Part shown: positions 18,550-28,145 of the stretch, in pieces
Numbering within the stretch: position 1 is the stretch's first letter
Layout of the letters: each line of letters begins with the position of its first letter
DNA from: Ignavibacteria bacterium UBA2360
Lineage (GTDB): Bacteria > Bacteroidota > Ignavibacteria > Tepidaquicellales > OLB5
DNA: 64,000 nucleotides
Assembly (NCBI GenBank): GCA_002344125.1
Contig: DDTQ01000010.1
Location: 77,683-141,682, forward strand
Direction of reading: 5' to 3'
Made by a program: the position numbers and the translations under genes
Notes under the pieces: model-generated
Told to the model about the DNA's origin: nothing
What the model saw: the letters and a program-made list of their open reading frames with translations, nothing else
The model's database searches: none

Positions 18550-19651
18550 ATCCGTCCTACATATCGCCCCTGAAAATACTGCGGGAGTGCCGTATAATGT
18601 AATGAAGATGCAGTCAATGTTTGGTATGCCGGCCAGGCTGCTTACGTTTTACAAAATTCCGTATGATTTCCCCGAGGATGTTTGCCTCAACCTGCCGCTT
18701 CCACGAAGCAAGGTTGCCATGAAATGGCGGGAGTTCAAACAATCCAACATGCAGTCTAAGATAAAAAAGGACAGCGTAGATATGTGGACGCATATGCCGT
18801 ATTTTGAACCAAAGAACTCCGCGGAAAAGGCTTACATGAAGCTTCGCGAGAACAGGAACAAACCTAAATTCCTGAAAGCGCTCGATGATATCAAAGCGGA
18901 TACATTTGATATAGTTCATTTTGATGGCGGCATTGATTTCTTCAGTGACTCACAGCTTGCAAAAGCTTTCAAAATGAAGGGTAAAAAGATCGTAAATTGT
19001 TACTTTGGTGATGACCTGAGAACGCGCGGTATTGTAAGGGATATGGATGAATTAAGCGACCTGAACCTGACATTTGAATATGATCATACGCTTCGCCACC
19101 CGGATATAAATTTCCTTTTTTTCCCGTTTGATAACTCTTCAATTGAATATATTCCGGATGATGTTTACAACGAAACCGCTTCGCAAAAGATCAGGATAAT
19201 TCACTCACCAACACAGCGTACAGTAAAAGGCACCGCAGAAATATCCGCTGCTGTTGAATTGGTGCAGAAGTCAAGGGATGTTGAATTCCTTATCATCGAA
19301 AACACTCCCCGCGAAGAACTGCTGAAGCTCAAAATGAACTGCCACATCGCAATTGACCAGATAGGCAACAGGGGAGGGACGGGTTACGGTATAAATTCCC
19401 TTGAAACCCTGTCAATGGGTCTGCCTACAATTACAGATATGAATTGCGGAATGGATACCTGGCTGCCGGAAAATCCGTTCATTGTTGCCAACAAAGATAC
19501 ACTGGCTGAAAGATTAATTGAACTTATAGATAACGAAGAGCTCCGCAAAAGCAAAAGGGCTGCTTCAAGAGCATGGGTTGATAAATACCATTCTTACAGC
19601 TCAGTATTCAATAAACTCACTGAGTATTACCAAAAAGCCGGAATTTTATGA
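18542..19651 (+). CDS. Glycosyltransferase-like protein (GT-B fold, GT4-like C-domain), tentative
   Basis: The C-half (RIIHSPTQRTVKGT..., DQIGNRGGTGYGINSLETLSMGLPTI) resembles a GT1/GT4 nucleotide-sugar binding domain. Its start overlaps the HicB-like stop by 8 nt. Confidence 0.5.
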   Translation: MSKSVLHIAPENTAGVPYNVMKMQSMFGMPARLLTFYKIPYDFPEDVCLNLPLPRSKVAMKWREFKQSNMQSKIKKDSVDMWTHMPYFEPKNSAEKAYMKLRENRNKPKFLKALDDIKADTFDIVHFDGGIDFFSDSQLAKAFKMKGKKIVNCYFGDDLRTRGIVRDMDELSDLNLTFEYDHTLRHPDINFLFFPFDNSSIEYIPDDVYNETASQKIRIIHSPTQRTVKGTAEISAAVELVQKSRDVEFLIIENTPREELLKLKMNCHIAIDQIGNRGGTGYGINSLETLSMGLPTITDMNCGMDTWLPENPFIVANKDTLAERLIELIDNEELRKSKRAASRAWVDKYHSYSSVFNKLTEYYQKAGIL

Positions 19652-19659
19652 CTGAATTC

Positions 19660-19990
19660 TTCTAATTGAGTAACCACGACTTCTTGACTGGTGCCGCAGT
19701 TTAGGTCATGGACTAAAAACCGCGAAAAACCCGGGGCTTTGGCAAATCGTCTCAAAACTATGTTAACCCCCGGCTTTCAAGCCGGGGATATTGCGATACC
19801 AAACTGAAATGGGCTTTAGCCCTGAATCAATAAGAGTAGATCTATTTTTTCTGTTTTTCTGCAGGACTTGTTTTCAACCGCCTATGAGATCGCTTCAATG
19901 CCAAGGGCAGGCAAGCACTTCGTTCGCAAAGTATAACTTATTTTTGCGAGGAGCGGCAGCAACGAGGCAATCTTACGGGGTTTAGAAGCA
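19660..19990. repeat. Intergenic mosaic of repeat modules; bounds approximate
   Basis: ccacgacttcttgactggtgccgcagtttaggtcatgg (19674-19711) is similar to 56564-56600. Hairpins ccccggctttcaagccgggg and gggctttagccc are present. gagatcgcttcaatgccaagggcaggcaagcacttcgttcgcaaagt (19887-19932) is similar to 8294 and 43688 (inverted). Confidence 0.75.
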
Positions 19991-20009
19991 CCAAAATTAA
20001 TCACTAAAT

Positions 20010-21476
20010 TTGCCATCCCAAATACATAAAATATTTTCCGATACGATCATCTACACTATTGGCAGTGTATTCAATCGTTTGCTCCCTTTCCTGCTGCTTC
20101 CTATCTATACACTTTACTTCCCGCCGGCTGAATACGGAATATTCTCCCTGGTATATTCATTCTGGTTCTTTGTATCGGTATTCTACCTGTATGGAATGGA
20201 AACTGCCTTCCAGAAGCTCTTCCTCGAAGCAAAAGATGAGGAATCCAAAAAAAAGATCTACAGCTCAACGCTGACACTTATTTTCTCAACTTCGGTTCTC
20301 TTCAGCGTCGTGATCTATTTCCTTTCAGATACAATTGCCTCAAAAATTACGGGGAGTCCTGCCAACGGTTACTTAATACGCCTCCTTGCATTTATCTTGG
20401 TTGCTGATTCTTTGTACCGGTTCCCTATGATCCTCATCAACAGCATTCAGCGTTCTAAACTTTATTCATTCCTGAACTCCCTTGCTGTGATAATTAACGT
20501 GGCGGCAAACATTCTCCTTATCGTAGTATATAAGCAGGGGATAGAGGCAATATTCTATTCTTACCTGGTCTCATATACTTTCCTCTTTGTTATTTCGCTT
20601 TTCAGTTCAATTAAATATTTTAAGATAGAAATAAACAGTGAGACTGTTAAAAACCTGCTCAAAAATGCTCACCTGTTTTTATATTACGGGATCTTTCTTA
20701 TTTCAATCGATCTTATAGACAGGTTCATTCTGGAATATTTCAAAGGCTCCGCCGAGGTTGGTATCTATTCAGCCAGCTACCGCATTGGTATTGTTATGAA
20801 TCTGGTCATCACCGGCTTTAAAGTCGCATGGACGCCTTTCTTCATGAACATGAAAGGAGAAGAAGGCAACAGGGAAGTGTTCTCAAAAGTATTCACTTAT
20901 TTCTGCTACGGCGGTCTTGTTGTATTCCTGCTTTTCTCTTTGCTGGCAGATGATCTTGTGAAGATCAATATTGCCGGTTTCACATTGCTGAATGAAAAAT
21001 ACTGGAGTGGTCTTGTTATTATTCCATATATACTGCTCGCATATTTATTCTCAGGGTTATATCTTAATCTTACGGTTGCGTCATTTTTCAGAAATAAGAT
21101 CAAGTATCTTATCATTTCTTCCGGCATCGGCTGCCTCAGTAATATAGCGCTGAACTTTATTCTGATACCGCATTTTTCAATAATAGGCGCTGCAATTTCT
21201 ACAATGCTGTCCTATCTGATCATGTTCATTGCCCTATATATATTTTCGCAAAAAATATATAAAATCGATTATCATTGGGGTCTGATAACAAAAGCTGCAA
21301 CTATTACACTTCTGCTGTATGTTATTAATATTTACATACCCTATATCTTCAAATTAAGCTATATTTACATAGTTTTAATTGAAATATTGAGTGTTTTCAT
21401 TCTGTATTACGTTCTTTTAGGCAGCCAAACAATTAACTTGATAAAAACATTCAATGTTAAGAAACAGTTAAAGTAG
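20010..21476 (+). CDS. Oligosaccharide/polysaccharide flippase (Wzx, MOP superfamily)
   Basis: TTG start; about 12-14 TM. The N-terminus SDTIIYTIGSVFNRLLPFLLLPIYTLYF is typical of Wzx-like flippases. Confidence 0.8.
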   Translation: MPSQIHKIFSDTIIYTIGSVFNRLLPFLLLPIYTLYFPPAEYGIFSLVYSFWFFVSVFYLYGMETAFQKLFLEAKDEESKKKIYSSTLTLIFSTSVLFSVVIYFLSDTIASKITGSPANGYLIRLLAFILVADSLYRFPMILINSIQRSKLYSFLNSLAVIINVAANILLIVVYKQGIEAIFYSYLVSYTFLFVISLFSSIKYFKIEINSETVKNLLKNAHLFLYYGIFLISIDLIDRFILEYFKGSAEVGIYSASYRIGIVMNLVITGFKVAWTPFFMNMKGEEGNREVFSKVFTYFCYGGLVVFLLFSLLADDLVKINIAGFTLLNEKYWSGLVIIPYILLAYLFSGLYLNLTVASFFRNKIKYLIISSGIGCLSNIALNFILIPHFSIIGAAISTMLSYLIMFIALYIFSQKIYKIDYHWGLITKAATITLLLYVINIYIPYIFKLSYIYIVLIEILSVFILYYVLLGSQTINLIKTFNVKKQLK

Positions 21477-21564
21477 CACTTTAAGTGTTTGGCTCTTGAC
21501 AACACTAATAAATATAATTATATTTGAAGAGCTTCTCCATTACTTTAAGGGTATTTCTGTTTAT

Positions 21565-21651
21565 GGAGAGGTGCGAGAGTGGTTGAATCGGTCGGTCTCG
21601 AAAACCGGTGTAGCGGCAACGCTACCGTGGGTTCGAATCCCACCCTCTCCG
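21565..21651 (+). tRNA. tRNA-Ser (anticodon CGA)
   Basis: Acceptor GGAGAGG/CCTCTCC. Anticodon loop CUCGAAA. Long variable arm (TAGCGGCAACGCTAC). T-arm GTGGG-TTCGAAT-CCCAC. Discriminator G; CCA not encoded. Confidence 0.95.
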
Positions 21652-21698
21652 CAGATTATCTTTAATTCTTGAAGTTCTGAAATTTTAATTATATCACC

Positions 21699-22208
21699 AT
21701 GAAATACACAAAAACAATTCTGCTTTCCCTCTTATTCGCTTTACTGTTTATTCCAAATACCCGCATATCAGCGCAGGATGAAATGGATTTTGAGTTGTTT
21801 ATGGGCATGATGTCCGAATCCATCAGCGAACAACAACTCGATGAGCTTAGTTACATGCTTCCCATGAAAATTAAGGTCACCGGCTACGCCCACGGCGATT
21901 TTTCCTTTGATGGTGAAAATGACCTGGTCATTGCAATTAGGGATACCAAAAAGACTCCCAAAAATACAGTTGATGTTTACTTCTTCGAAAATATCGCTAA
22001 CCAGTCCTACAAGCTTGTCAAAAAACAAAACTACAAATATTACGAAATTTCTCTTGAAGTTTCATTCCTCGTAAAAGAAGGCAAGTGTTACGTTACCAAT
22101 CGCGATGATAACAACTGGTATTTTACCGGTTACAGAATTGACGAGGAGCAGCTTGTTCAGGATGAAAAGGAAATCTTTCCAATAGAGTTTGAAAACGCAG
22201 GCAATTAA
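21699..22208 (+). CDS. Secreted hypothetical protein
   Basis: Signal peptide (..NTRISAQ). 169 aa, followed by a strong terminator. Confidence 0.6.
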   Translation: MKYTKTILLSLLFALLFIPNTRISAQDEMDFELFMGMMSESISEQQLDELSYMLPMKIKVTGYAHGDFSFDGENDLVIAIRDTKKTPKNTVDVYFFENIANQSYKLVKKQNYKYYEISLEVSFLVKEGKCYVTNRDDNNWYFTGYRIDEEQLVQDEKEIFPIEFENAGN

Positions 22209-22245
22209 ACATATTCTTTCCCCACTTAAAGCCTGTTTTCACGTC

Positions 22246-22275
22246 GCCCCGGATTGTTAGCCGGGGCTTTTTTTT
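22246..22275 (+). terminator. Rho-independent terminator
   Basis: gccccgg-attgttag-ccggggc followed by 8 T. Confidence 0.8.
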
Positions 22276-22287
22276 AACTGATACTTT

Positions 22288-22341
22288 GTCATTCCCGCGC
22301 CTGCCTGCCATAACGGCAGTTCAGGCAGGAAAGCGGGAATC
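22288..22341. repeat. Nested repeat: GTCATTCCCGCG..CGGGAATC module carrying a 30-nt CCTGCCTG..CAGGCAGG hairpin in its loop
   Basis: gtcattcccgcg-cctgcctgccataacggcagttcaggcagg-aaagcgggaatc. The inner 30-mer is 29/30 identical to the reverse complement of 54388-54417. The outer module recurs at 33087-33110 without the insert. Confidence 0.85.
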
Positions 22342-22476
22342 TTTATCAATTTTACATTATATTTCCCCCGTTGTTGGTCTTGTGACCAACAACTATTGTG
22401 TTACCTCTAGGCTTTACTTTCTAAGTATCCCGCTATGTGACTATAATTATTTTAATTAAATAATTAACTTTGCACT

Positions 22477-23772
22477 ATGATAGAACGATATACTCTCCCC
22501 GAAATTGGCAGCATATGGTCAGAAGAAAATAAATTCTCCATTTGGCTAAAAATTGAAATATTCGCTTCTGAAGCGAACAATAAACTTGGAATAGTTCCCA
22601 CCTCAGCATTAAAGAAAATCCGCTCGAAGGCAAAATTCAACGTTAAAAAAATAAATGAAATTGAAGCAGTAGTTAAGCATGATGTCATTGCATTCTTAAC
22701 TAATGTCGGCAGTTATGTCGGACCCGAATCGAGGTTCATTCATTACGGCATGACAAGCAGCGATGTACTTGATACAGCCCTTTCAGTGCAGATGAAAGAA
22801 GCGGGTGAACTGCTGCTGAGGCAGCTTATAGTTTTAAGATCAGCCCTCGCTAAGAAAGCCAAAAAGTATAAATATCTGCCTATGGTAGGCAGAACCCACG
22901 GCGTTCACGCCGAAGCGGTCACGCTTGGGCTCAAGTTTGCTTTATGGTATGATGAAGTTAACCGTGATATAACAAGATTGAAAACAGCCATCAAAACTGT
23001 TTCAGTCGGTAAGATCTCAGGCGCTGTTGGTACGTATGAACACCTGAATCCGTATGTTGAGCGTTACGTTTGCAAAAAGCTGGGCCTCGAGCCGGCAAAC
23101 GCTGCAACGCAGATAATTCAGCGTGATGTTCACGCTGAATACATGACAACACTTGCAATAATTGCTTCATCACTCGAAAAATTCGCGACTGAAATACGCC
23201 ACCAGCAAAAGACTGAAGTACTGGAGCTTGAAGAACCATTTACAAAAGGGCAGAAAGGATCTTCAGCAATGCCGCATAAGAAAAATCCGGTAATTTGTGA
23301 GCGTATTGCCGGCTTGGCAAGGGTCATCCGCAGCAACTCCATTGCTGCCATGGAAAATGTCAATCTCTGGCATGAGCGTGATATCTCGCACTCATCTGTT
23401 GAGCGCATGATCATTCCAGATAGCACAATGCTTATGTATTACATGCTTGTGAAAATGATCGAAGTTGTTGAAGGGCTTGTTGTCAACAAAGAAAATATCG
23501 CAAAAAATCTTAACCGCACTCACGGACTCATATACTCACAGCGCGCATTGTTAAAGCTCGTTGAAGCGGGTCTTACCCGCGAGCAGGCTTATAAAGCCGT
23601 GCAGGATAACGCCATGTGGTCCTGGAAGACGGGTGAAGATTTCCGTGACCTGCTTGAAAGCGATAAAGTGATATCATCAAAGGTCAAAAAGGCGCAGATA
23701 GAAGACATTTTCAACCCCCAAAAGGTATTCAAGAATATCGATTATATCTTCAAAAATACTGGTATAAAATAA
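22477..23772 (+). CDS. purB: Adenylosuccinate lyase
   Basis: Fumarate-lyase signature GSSAMPHKKNP. The N-terminus RYTLPEIGSIWSEE is typical of PurB. Confidence 0.95.
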   Translation: MIERYTLPEIGSIWSEENKFSIWLKIEIFASEANNKLGIVPTSALKKIRSKAKFNVKKINEIEAVVKHDVIAFLTNVGSYVGPESRFIHYGMTSSDVLDTALSVQMKEAGELLLRQLIVLRSALAKKAKKYKYLPMVGRTHGVHAEAVTLGLKFALWYDEVNRDITRLKTAIKTVSVGKISGAVGTYEHLNPYVERYVCKKLGLEPANAATQIIQRDVHAEYMTTLAIIASSLEKFATEIRHQQKTEVLELEEPFTKGQKGSSAMPHKKNPVICERIAGLARVIRSNSIAAMENVNLWHERDISHSSVERMIIPDSTMLMYYMLVKMIEVVEGLVVNKENIAKNLNRTHGLIYSQRALLKLVEAGLTREQAYKAVQDNAMWSWKTGEDFRDLLESDKVISSKVKKAQIEDIFNPQKVFKNIDYIFKNTGIK

Positions 23773-24083
23773 CATTTTGTAAATCGAATCGCTGATTCGA
23801 TTAGTCGAAACAGCGTTTCGACTTACAATTACATTCCCTTTCCTTGAAATTCTCCCATTTTTTCATTAAATTTGTAGTCTAATATATGAACTATTTTAGC
23901 CCGCCTGGCTGCTAAATCCGTTCCGGACTGAACATTTCAGTATCGTATCATATTCAAAGTCAGGGTAATTTTTATCAGTATCTGCGTTACTTGCAGCAAT
24001 TTTCCAAAATAAAACAGCAGCTAAACAATTTTCAAATATTTTATTTGAAATTTGTAATTTGATATTTGACATTTTGATTTTCA

Positions 24084-24157
24084 GGGCGGTTAGCTCAGTT
24101 GGTTAGAGCGCCACGTTGACATCGTGGAGGTCACCGGTTCGAATCCAGTATCGCCCA
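24084..24157 (+). tRNA. tRNA-Val (anticodon GAC)
   Basis: GGGCGGT/ATCGCCC acceptor, D-arm GCTC-AGTTGGTTA-GAGC, anticodon stem CCACG/CGTGG with loop TTGACAT, T-loop TTCGAAT. There is one C-A mismatch in the T-stem (ACCGG/CCAGT). Confidence 0.9.
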
Positions 24158-24236
24158 CAAGCGATATAATTGGCATCAATCATATCATATTGTAAAAAAG
24201 TATTGGGGATAATTATAAATCTATATAAATAAATTA

Positions 24237-25412
24237 ATGAACAAAACTATCAAAATATCAATTTTCCTGATGTTGTTCTTCTTTTCATCAAGCGTATTTT
24301 CGCAGATTTATTCACCAAAGGATATAGTCAACGTTTATGATCCTTTCACATTGACATTCGGTGAACTTGTTCTGAACACAAATGATGAAGATTTCAAAGA
24401 ACATAATTTTGTAATTATTATTACTATTACAATCGGACCCGAGAAGATCATTAAATTTTTATATAAAGATGACCTCCTGATAAACAATGTGAAGAACTAT
24501 AACGATGAATACTGGGCTATCAATTTTACCGCGAGGAAAAACAACATTGTACTTATTCCCGCGATCTACAATATCGCAAATAACGGCGGTATGATAAATA
24601 TCAGGATGGAAGGCTATTCAAACATTTCCGCCGGCGATGAATCAATGATGAGCCAGCTTTCAACAGGATATGTTTATACAAGCTCTACGATGTACGCTTC
24701 CATGGAACAGGCTTACAAATACCTGGCATCATCACCTGAAGTGAACAAACCGAACTCAAGCCTGTTAACTACTGCCGAAGTGCTGCAGAGGAATGTATCC
24801 ACAAGACCCGGAATATTTTATCTTGGCAACCCGACCGATATAAGCTACGCTATACCTGAGGATCCGAAAAAAGTTATAGGTACAAACCTTCTTATCCAGG
24901 GGCAGAAAAAAGTTGAATCAAAATTATCAAATAAAGCGGCTGATGTTTGGAATATCCTTGTAACAAAGTACACAGATGTGAAACTGGTGCAGGGTGAGTC
25001 ATACTTCAACAAAATAAAAGGCGCTTTCAGTGATATTATCAATATGCCAAAGATCGATGAAAATAAACGCGAAGGTTTAATTGCTCGCTGCAACGAAATT
25101 ATCAATGAAGATCTGGTAATGGGGCGCAAAGCCGGTGTCTATATGAATAACGAAGTCATTGAGCAGTTCACATATCTTATGAATTTTGTGAAAGCCGGCA
25201 TCAGGGCAAAATCTGATACAGCGGCAACAACAGCGGATTTTATGAAAGCTGATGAACGCGAAGCGTTGAATTACTTTGAAACAAACCTGAAAGAGAACGA
25301 TTTCGATCTGAATAACCAGTACCTGTTTGATGATTATATCAATTCATCGGTTAACAGGGGCGCAATTCAGAAAGAAATTGATATCATAAGAAGATATTAC
25401 CAGCTTAAGTAA
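24237..25412 (+). CDS. Secreted hypothetical protein
   Basis: Signal peptide (..SSSVFSQ); 391 aa; no recognisable motif. Confidence 0.6.
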   Translation: MNKTIKISIFLMLFFFSSSVFSQIYSPKDIVNVYDPFTLTFGELVLNTNDEDFKEHNFVIIITITIGPEKIIKFLYKDDLLINNVKNYNDEYWAINFTARKNNIVLIPAIYNIANNGGMINIRMEGYSNISAGDESMMSQLSTGYVYTSSTMYASMEQAYKYLASSPEVNKPNSSLLTTAEVLQRNVSTRPGIFYLGNPTDISYAIPEDPKKVIGTNLLIQGQKKVESKLSNKAADVWNILVTKYTDVKLVQGESYFNKIKGAFSDIINMPKIDENKREGLIARCNEIINEDLVMGRKAGVYMNNEVIEQFTYLMNFVKAGIRAKSDTAATTADFMKADEREALNYFETNLKENDFDLNNQYLFDDYINSSVNRGAIQKEIDIIRRYYQLK

Positions 25413-25509
25413 TTTTCAAAACCCTGAGTGAAACGAAGGGTCTCATTCACAGAACGAATATTATGAATTGTACTTTGTTCTGATAACAATTTTTAAATTA
25501 GTCATATAA

Positions 25510-27444
25510 TTGAGCAATAACGAAAATATTAAAATTACTTTTCCTGACGGGAATTCTAAAGAATTCCCTAAGGGAACTTCTTCTCTTGATATAGCGAGAT
25601 CCATAAGCAAAGGTCTCGCGGAAGATGTACTTGTCGCCGAAGTGAATGGCATCCTTGTTGATCTTGTGAAACCTATTAATCAGGATTCATCGGTCAAATT
25701 CTACAAGTTCGGCGATGATGAAGGCAGGAAGGTCTATTGGCATACCACCAGCCATATAATGGCGCAGGCAGTTGAAGAATTATTCCCCGGCGCTAAGTTT
25801 GGCGTGGGTCCGCCCATTGAAAACGGATTTTACTATGATGTCGATTCCGAACATAAGTTCACCGATGAAGATCTCAAAAAGATCGAAGATAAAATGCTTG
25901 AGATCGCTAAGCGCGATCTTGTTACTACCCGCGAGGAATTAAAACGCGAAGATGCCATTGCTTATTTCAAATCAAAAAGGGTCGATCCGTATAAAGTTGA
26001 AATACTGGAAGATATAGCGAAGAACGAAGAGTATGTTTCGTTGTATCACCAGGGCGGATTTACCGATCTTTGCCGCGGTCCACACATGCCAACTACCGCA
26101 AAGCTTAAGAATGTAAAACTCTTGAGTGTGTCAGGTTCATATTGGCGCGGTGACTCAGACCGCCAGCAGCTCCAAAGGATCTACGGCATATCTTTCCCCA
26201 AAAAGAAAGAGCTTGATGATTATCTGCATCTTCTTGAAGAAGCTAAGAAAAGGGATCACAGGAAACTCGGAAAAGAACTTGAGCTTTTCATGTTCCACGA
26301 ATACAGTCCGGGCGCTCCATTCTGGCTGCCCAACGGGATGGTAATCTTCAAAGAACTCGAAAAGTTATGGCGTGAGATACATGACTATAATGGTTACGAT
26401 GAGATAAATACTCCAATAATGGTTAAAGATAAATTGTTTGAACAATCAGGTCATCTAGAGCATTACCGGGAAAATATGTTCAGGATTGATGATGGCGATG
26501 AGACTTACTATCTTAAACCTATGAACTGCCCCGAAGCTACACTGGTTTATTCAAACAAAATGAGAAGTTATAAGGATCTACCTTTGAGATTGAGTGAAAT
26601 TGGCAGGCTGCACAGAAATGAACTTCGCGGTGCTTTAGGCGGAATGTTCCGTGTAAGGCAGATAACTATGGATGATGCTCATATATTCTGTACTCCAGAA
26701 CAGATACAGGAAGAGATCACCGGAGTTATGGGACTCATCAAAAGATTTTATGCTATTTTCGGACTTGAGCCAAGATTCTTCCTTTCTACCAGACCTGATA
26801 ACGCAATGGGAACCAAAGAAGTTTGGGATAAGGCAGAAGCTTCGCTTGCCGCAGCTTTGGAAGCCAATGAACTGAAATACGAAGTCAACGAAAAAGACGG
26901 CGCATTCTACGGACCCAAGATTGACGTGAATATTAAAGATGCATTGAATCGTGATTGGCAGATAGCAACAATTCAGCTTGATTATAACCTGCCCGAAAGA
27001 TTTGACCTGACCTATGAAGGCAGCGACGGACAGAAGCACCGTCCCGTGATGGTACACCGTGCCATCTTCGGCAGTTTTGAAAGATTCATAGGGATGATAA
27101 TTGAGCATTTTGCGGGTAACTTTCCGCTATGGCTTTCTCCGCTTCAGGTGGCAGTTCTTGCAATTACCGATAATCAGTTAGATTACGCTAAAGAAGTTTA
27201 TGGTAAATTCAGGGATGCAGGTTTCAGGGTTGAACTTGATTCACGCAGCGAAAAAATTGGCTACAAAATACGTGATTGGGAAACCAAAAAAGTACCGTAC
27301 ATGATAGTGCTTGGCGATAAGGAAATGCAGGCAGGTAATATCACCGTACGCGCGCACAAAAAAGGTGATCTTGGTAAGCACGAACTTGAGGCCTTCATCA
27401 GCAGTTTAATAGATGAAAGAGATTCAAAAAAGATAAATCAGTAA
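25510..27444 (+). CDS. thrS: Threonyl-tRNA synthetase
   Basis: TGS N-domain (IKITFPDGNSKEF), editing-domain HTTSHIMAQA, class II motifs (FRVRQITMDDAHIF) and a C-terminal anticodon-binding domain. TTG start. Confidence 0.95.
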   Translation: MSNNENIKITFPDGNSKEFPKGTSSLDIARSISKGLAEDVLVAEVNGILVDLVKPINQDSSVKFYKFGDDEGRKVYWHTTSHIMAQAVEELFPGAKFGVGPPIENGFYYDVDSEHKFTDEDLKKIEDKMLEIAKRDLVTTREELKREDAIAYFKSKRVDPYKVEILEDIAKNEEYVSLYHQGGFTDLCRGPHMPTTAKLKNVKLLSVSGSYWRGDSDRQQLQRIYGISFPKKKELDDYLHLLEEAKKRDHRKLGKELELFMFHEYSPGAPFWLPNGMVIFKELEKLWREIHDYNGYDEINTPIMVKDKLFEQSGHLEHYRENMFRIDDGDETYYLKPMNCPEATLVYSNKMRSYKDLPLRLSEIGRLHRNELRGALGGMFRVRQITMDDAHIFCTPEQIQEEITGVMGLIKRFYAIFGLEPRFFLSTRPDNAMGTKEVWDKAEASLAAALEANELKYEVNEKDGAFYGPKIDVNIKDALNRDWQIATIQLDYNLPERFDLTYEGSDGQKHRPVMVHRAIFGSFERFIGMIIEHFAGNFPLWLSPLQVAVLAITDNQLDYAKEVYGKFRDAGFRVELDSRSEKIGYKIRDWETKKVPYMIVLGDKEMQAGNITVRAHKKGDLGKHELEAFISSLIDERDSKKINQ

Positions 27445-27500
27445 AAATCAGCAGCAATATTTCAGCAGCGCAAAATTTATAACTTTTAAAGGAGTTAATC

Positions 27501-28145
27501 ATTAAGGAAAGAAAGATCAAAACACGCATCAATGAACAGATTCGTGTTCCCGAGGTAAGGGTTATTGATGAGAACGGCGATCAGGCCGGTGTAAAACCAA
27601 CTCAGGAAGCCCTTAGGATGGCAAGATCAAAAGATCTTGACCTGATTGAAGTTTCGCCAAACGCCAAACCGCCTGTTTGTAAAATAGGTGATTTTGGTAA
27701 ATACAATTACGAAAAGCAGAAAAAGGAAAAAGAGCAGAAAAAGAGCAAAACTTCCACGCAGCTTAAGGAAATTCGCTTTCATCCGAATACTGATACTCAT
27801 GATATGGATTTCAAGTGCCGCCACCTTGTGGAATTCCTTGTGCAGGGCCACAAAGTAAAGGCTACTATCATTTTCATAGGCAGAATGATGGTTCACCAGG
27901 ATATCGGCAGAAAGCTTATGGATGAGATACTCGAAAGACTGACAGTTGTGGGTAAAATTGAACAGCCTCCTAAAATGGAAGGCCGCTATTTGACCGTAAT
28001 GCTTATCCCTGATAAGAAGAAGATAGATGATTATAAGAAGAACCTGGAAAAAGGCAAACCTTCTGAGAAAACAGAAGAAGCAAAGGTTGAGCCAAAAACT
28101 GAATCTAAACCGGAACCGGCAGCGGAAGTTCCGGCTGATAAGTAA
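27501..28145 (+). CDS. infC: Translation initiation factor IF-3, probable ATT start
   Basis: The conserved N-domain (INEQIRVPEVRVIDENGDQAGV) lies upstream of the first ATG (27618). In-frame ATT at 27501 sits 6 nt after AAAGGAG (27488-27494), and an in-frame stop lies at 27480. There is a Lys/Glu/Pro-rich C-terminal tail. Confidence 0.85.
   Translation: MKERKIKTRINEQIRVPEVRVIDENGDQAGVKPTQEALRMARSKDLDLIEVSPNAKPPVCKIGDFGKYNYEKQKKEKEQKKSKTSTQLKEIRFHPNTDTHDMDFKCRHLVEFLVQGHKVKATIIFIGRMMVHQDIGRKLMDEILERLTVVGKIEQPPKMEGRYLTVMLIPDKKKIDDYKKNLEKGKPSEKTEEAKVEPKTESKPEPAAEVPADK

Noticed and set aside
23830-24083. Possible ncRNA in the 310-nt spacer between purB and tRNA-Val
   Set aside because: I could not match it to SRP, 6S, RNase P, tmRNA or any riboswitch core. 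It is AT-rich with only two small hairpins right after purB (23781-23823), so it is more likely promoter or spacer DNA.
24084-24157. tRNA-Val as a pseudogene because of a C-A mismatch in the T-stem
   Set aside because: All other stems, the invariant D- and T-loop residues and the anticodon loop are intact. A single mismatch is commonly tolerated.
21477-24236. Genomic island or integrated element at tRNA-Ser / tRNA-Val
   Set aside because: There is no integrase, no direct repeat of a tRNA 3' end, and the genes between them (a secreted hypothetical protein, purB) look native.
25413-25509. Leader/T-box or attenuator upstream of thrS, and similarly 28779-28916 upstream of pheS
   Set aside because: The thrS spacer contains only a copy of repeat module (a) and an AT-rich stretch. 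No specifier or T-box sequence is present. Upstream of pheS there are two hairpins but no Phe-rich leader ORF, so that is kept only as a low-confidence structural feature.
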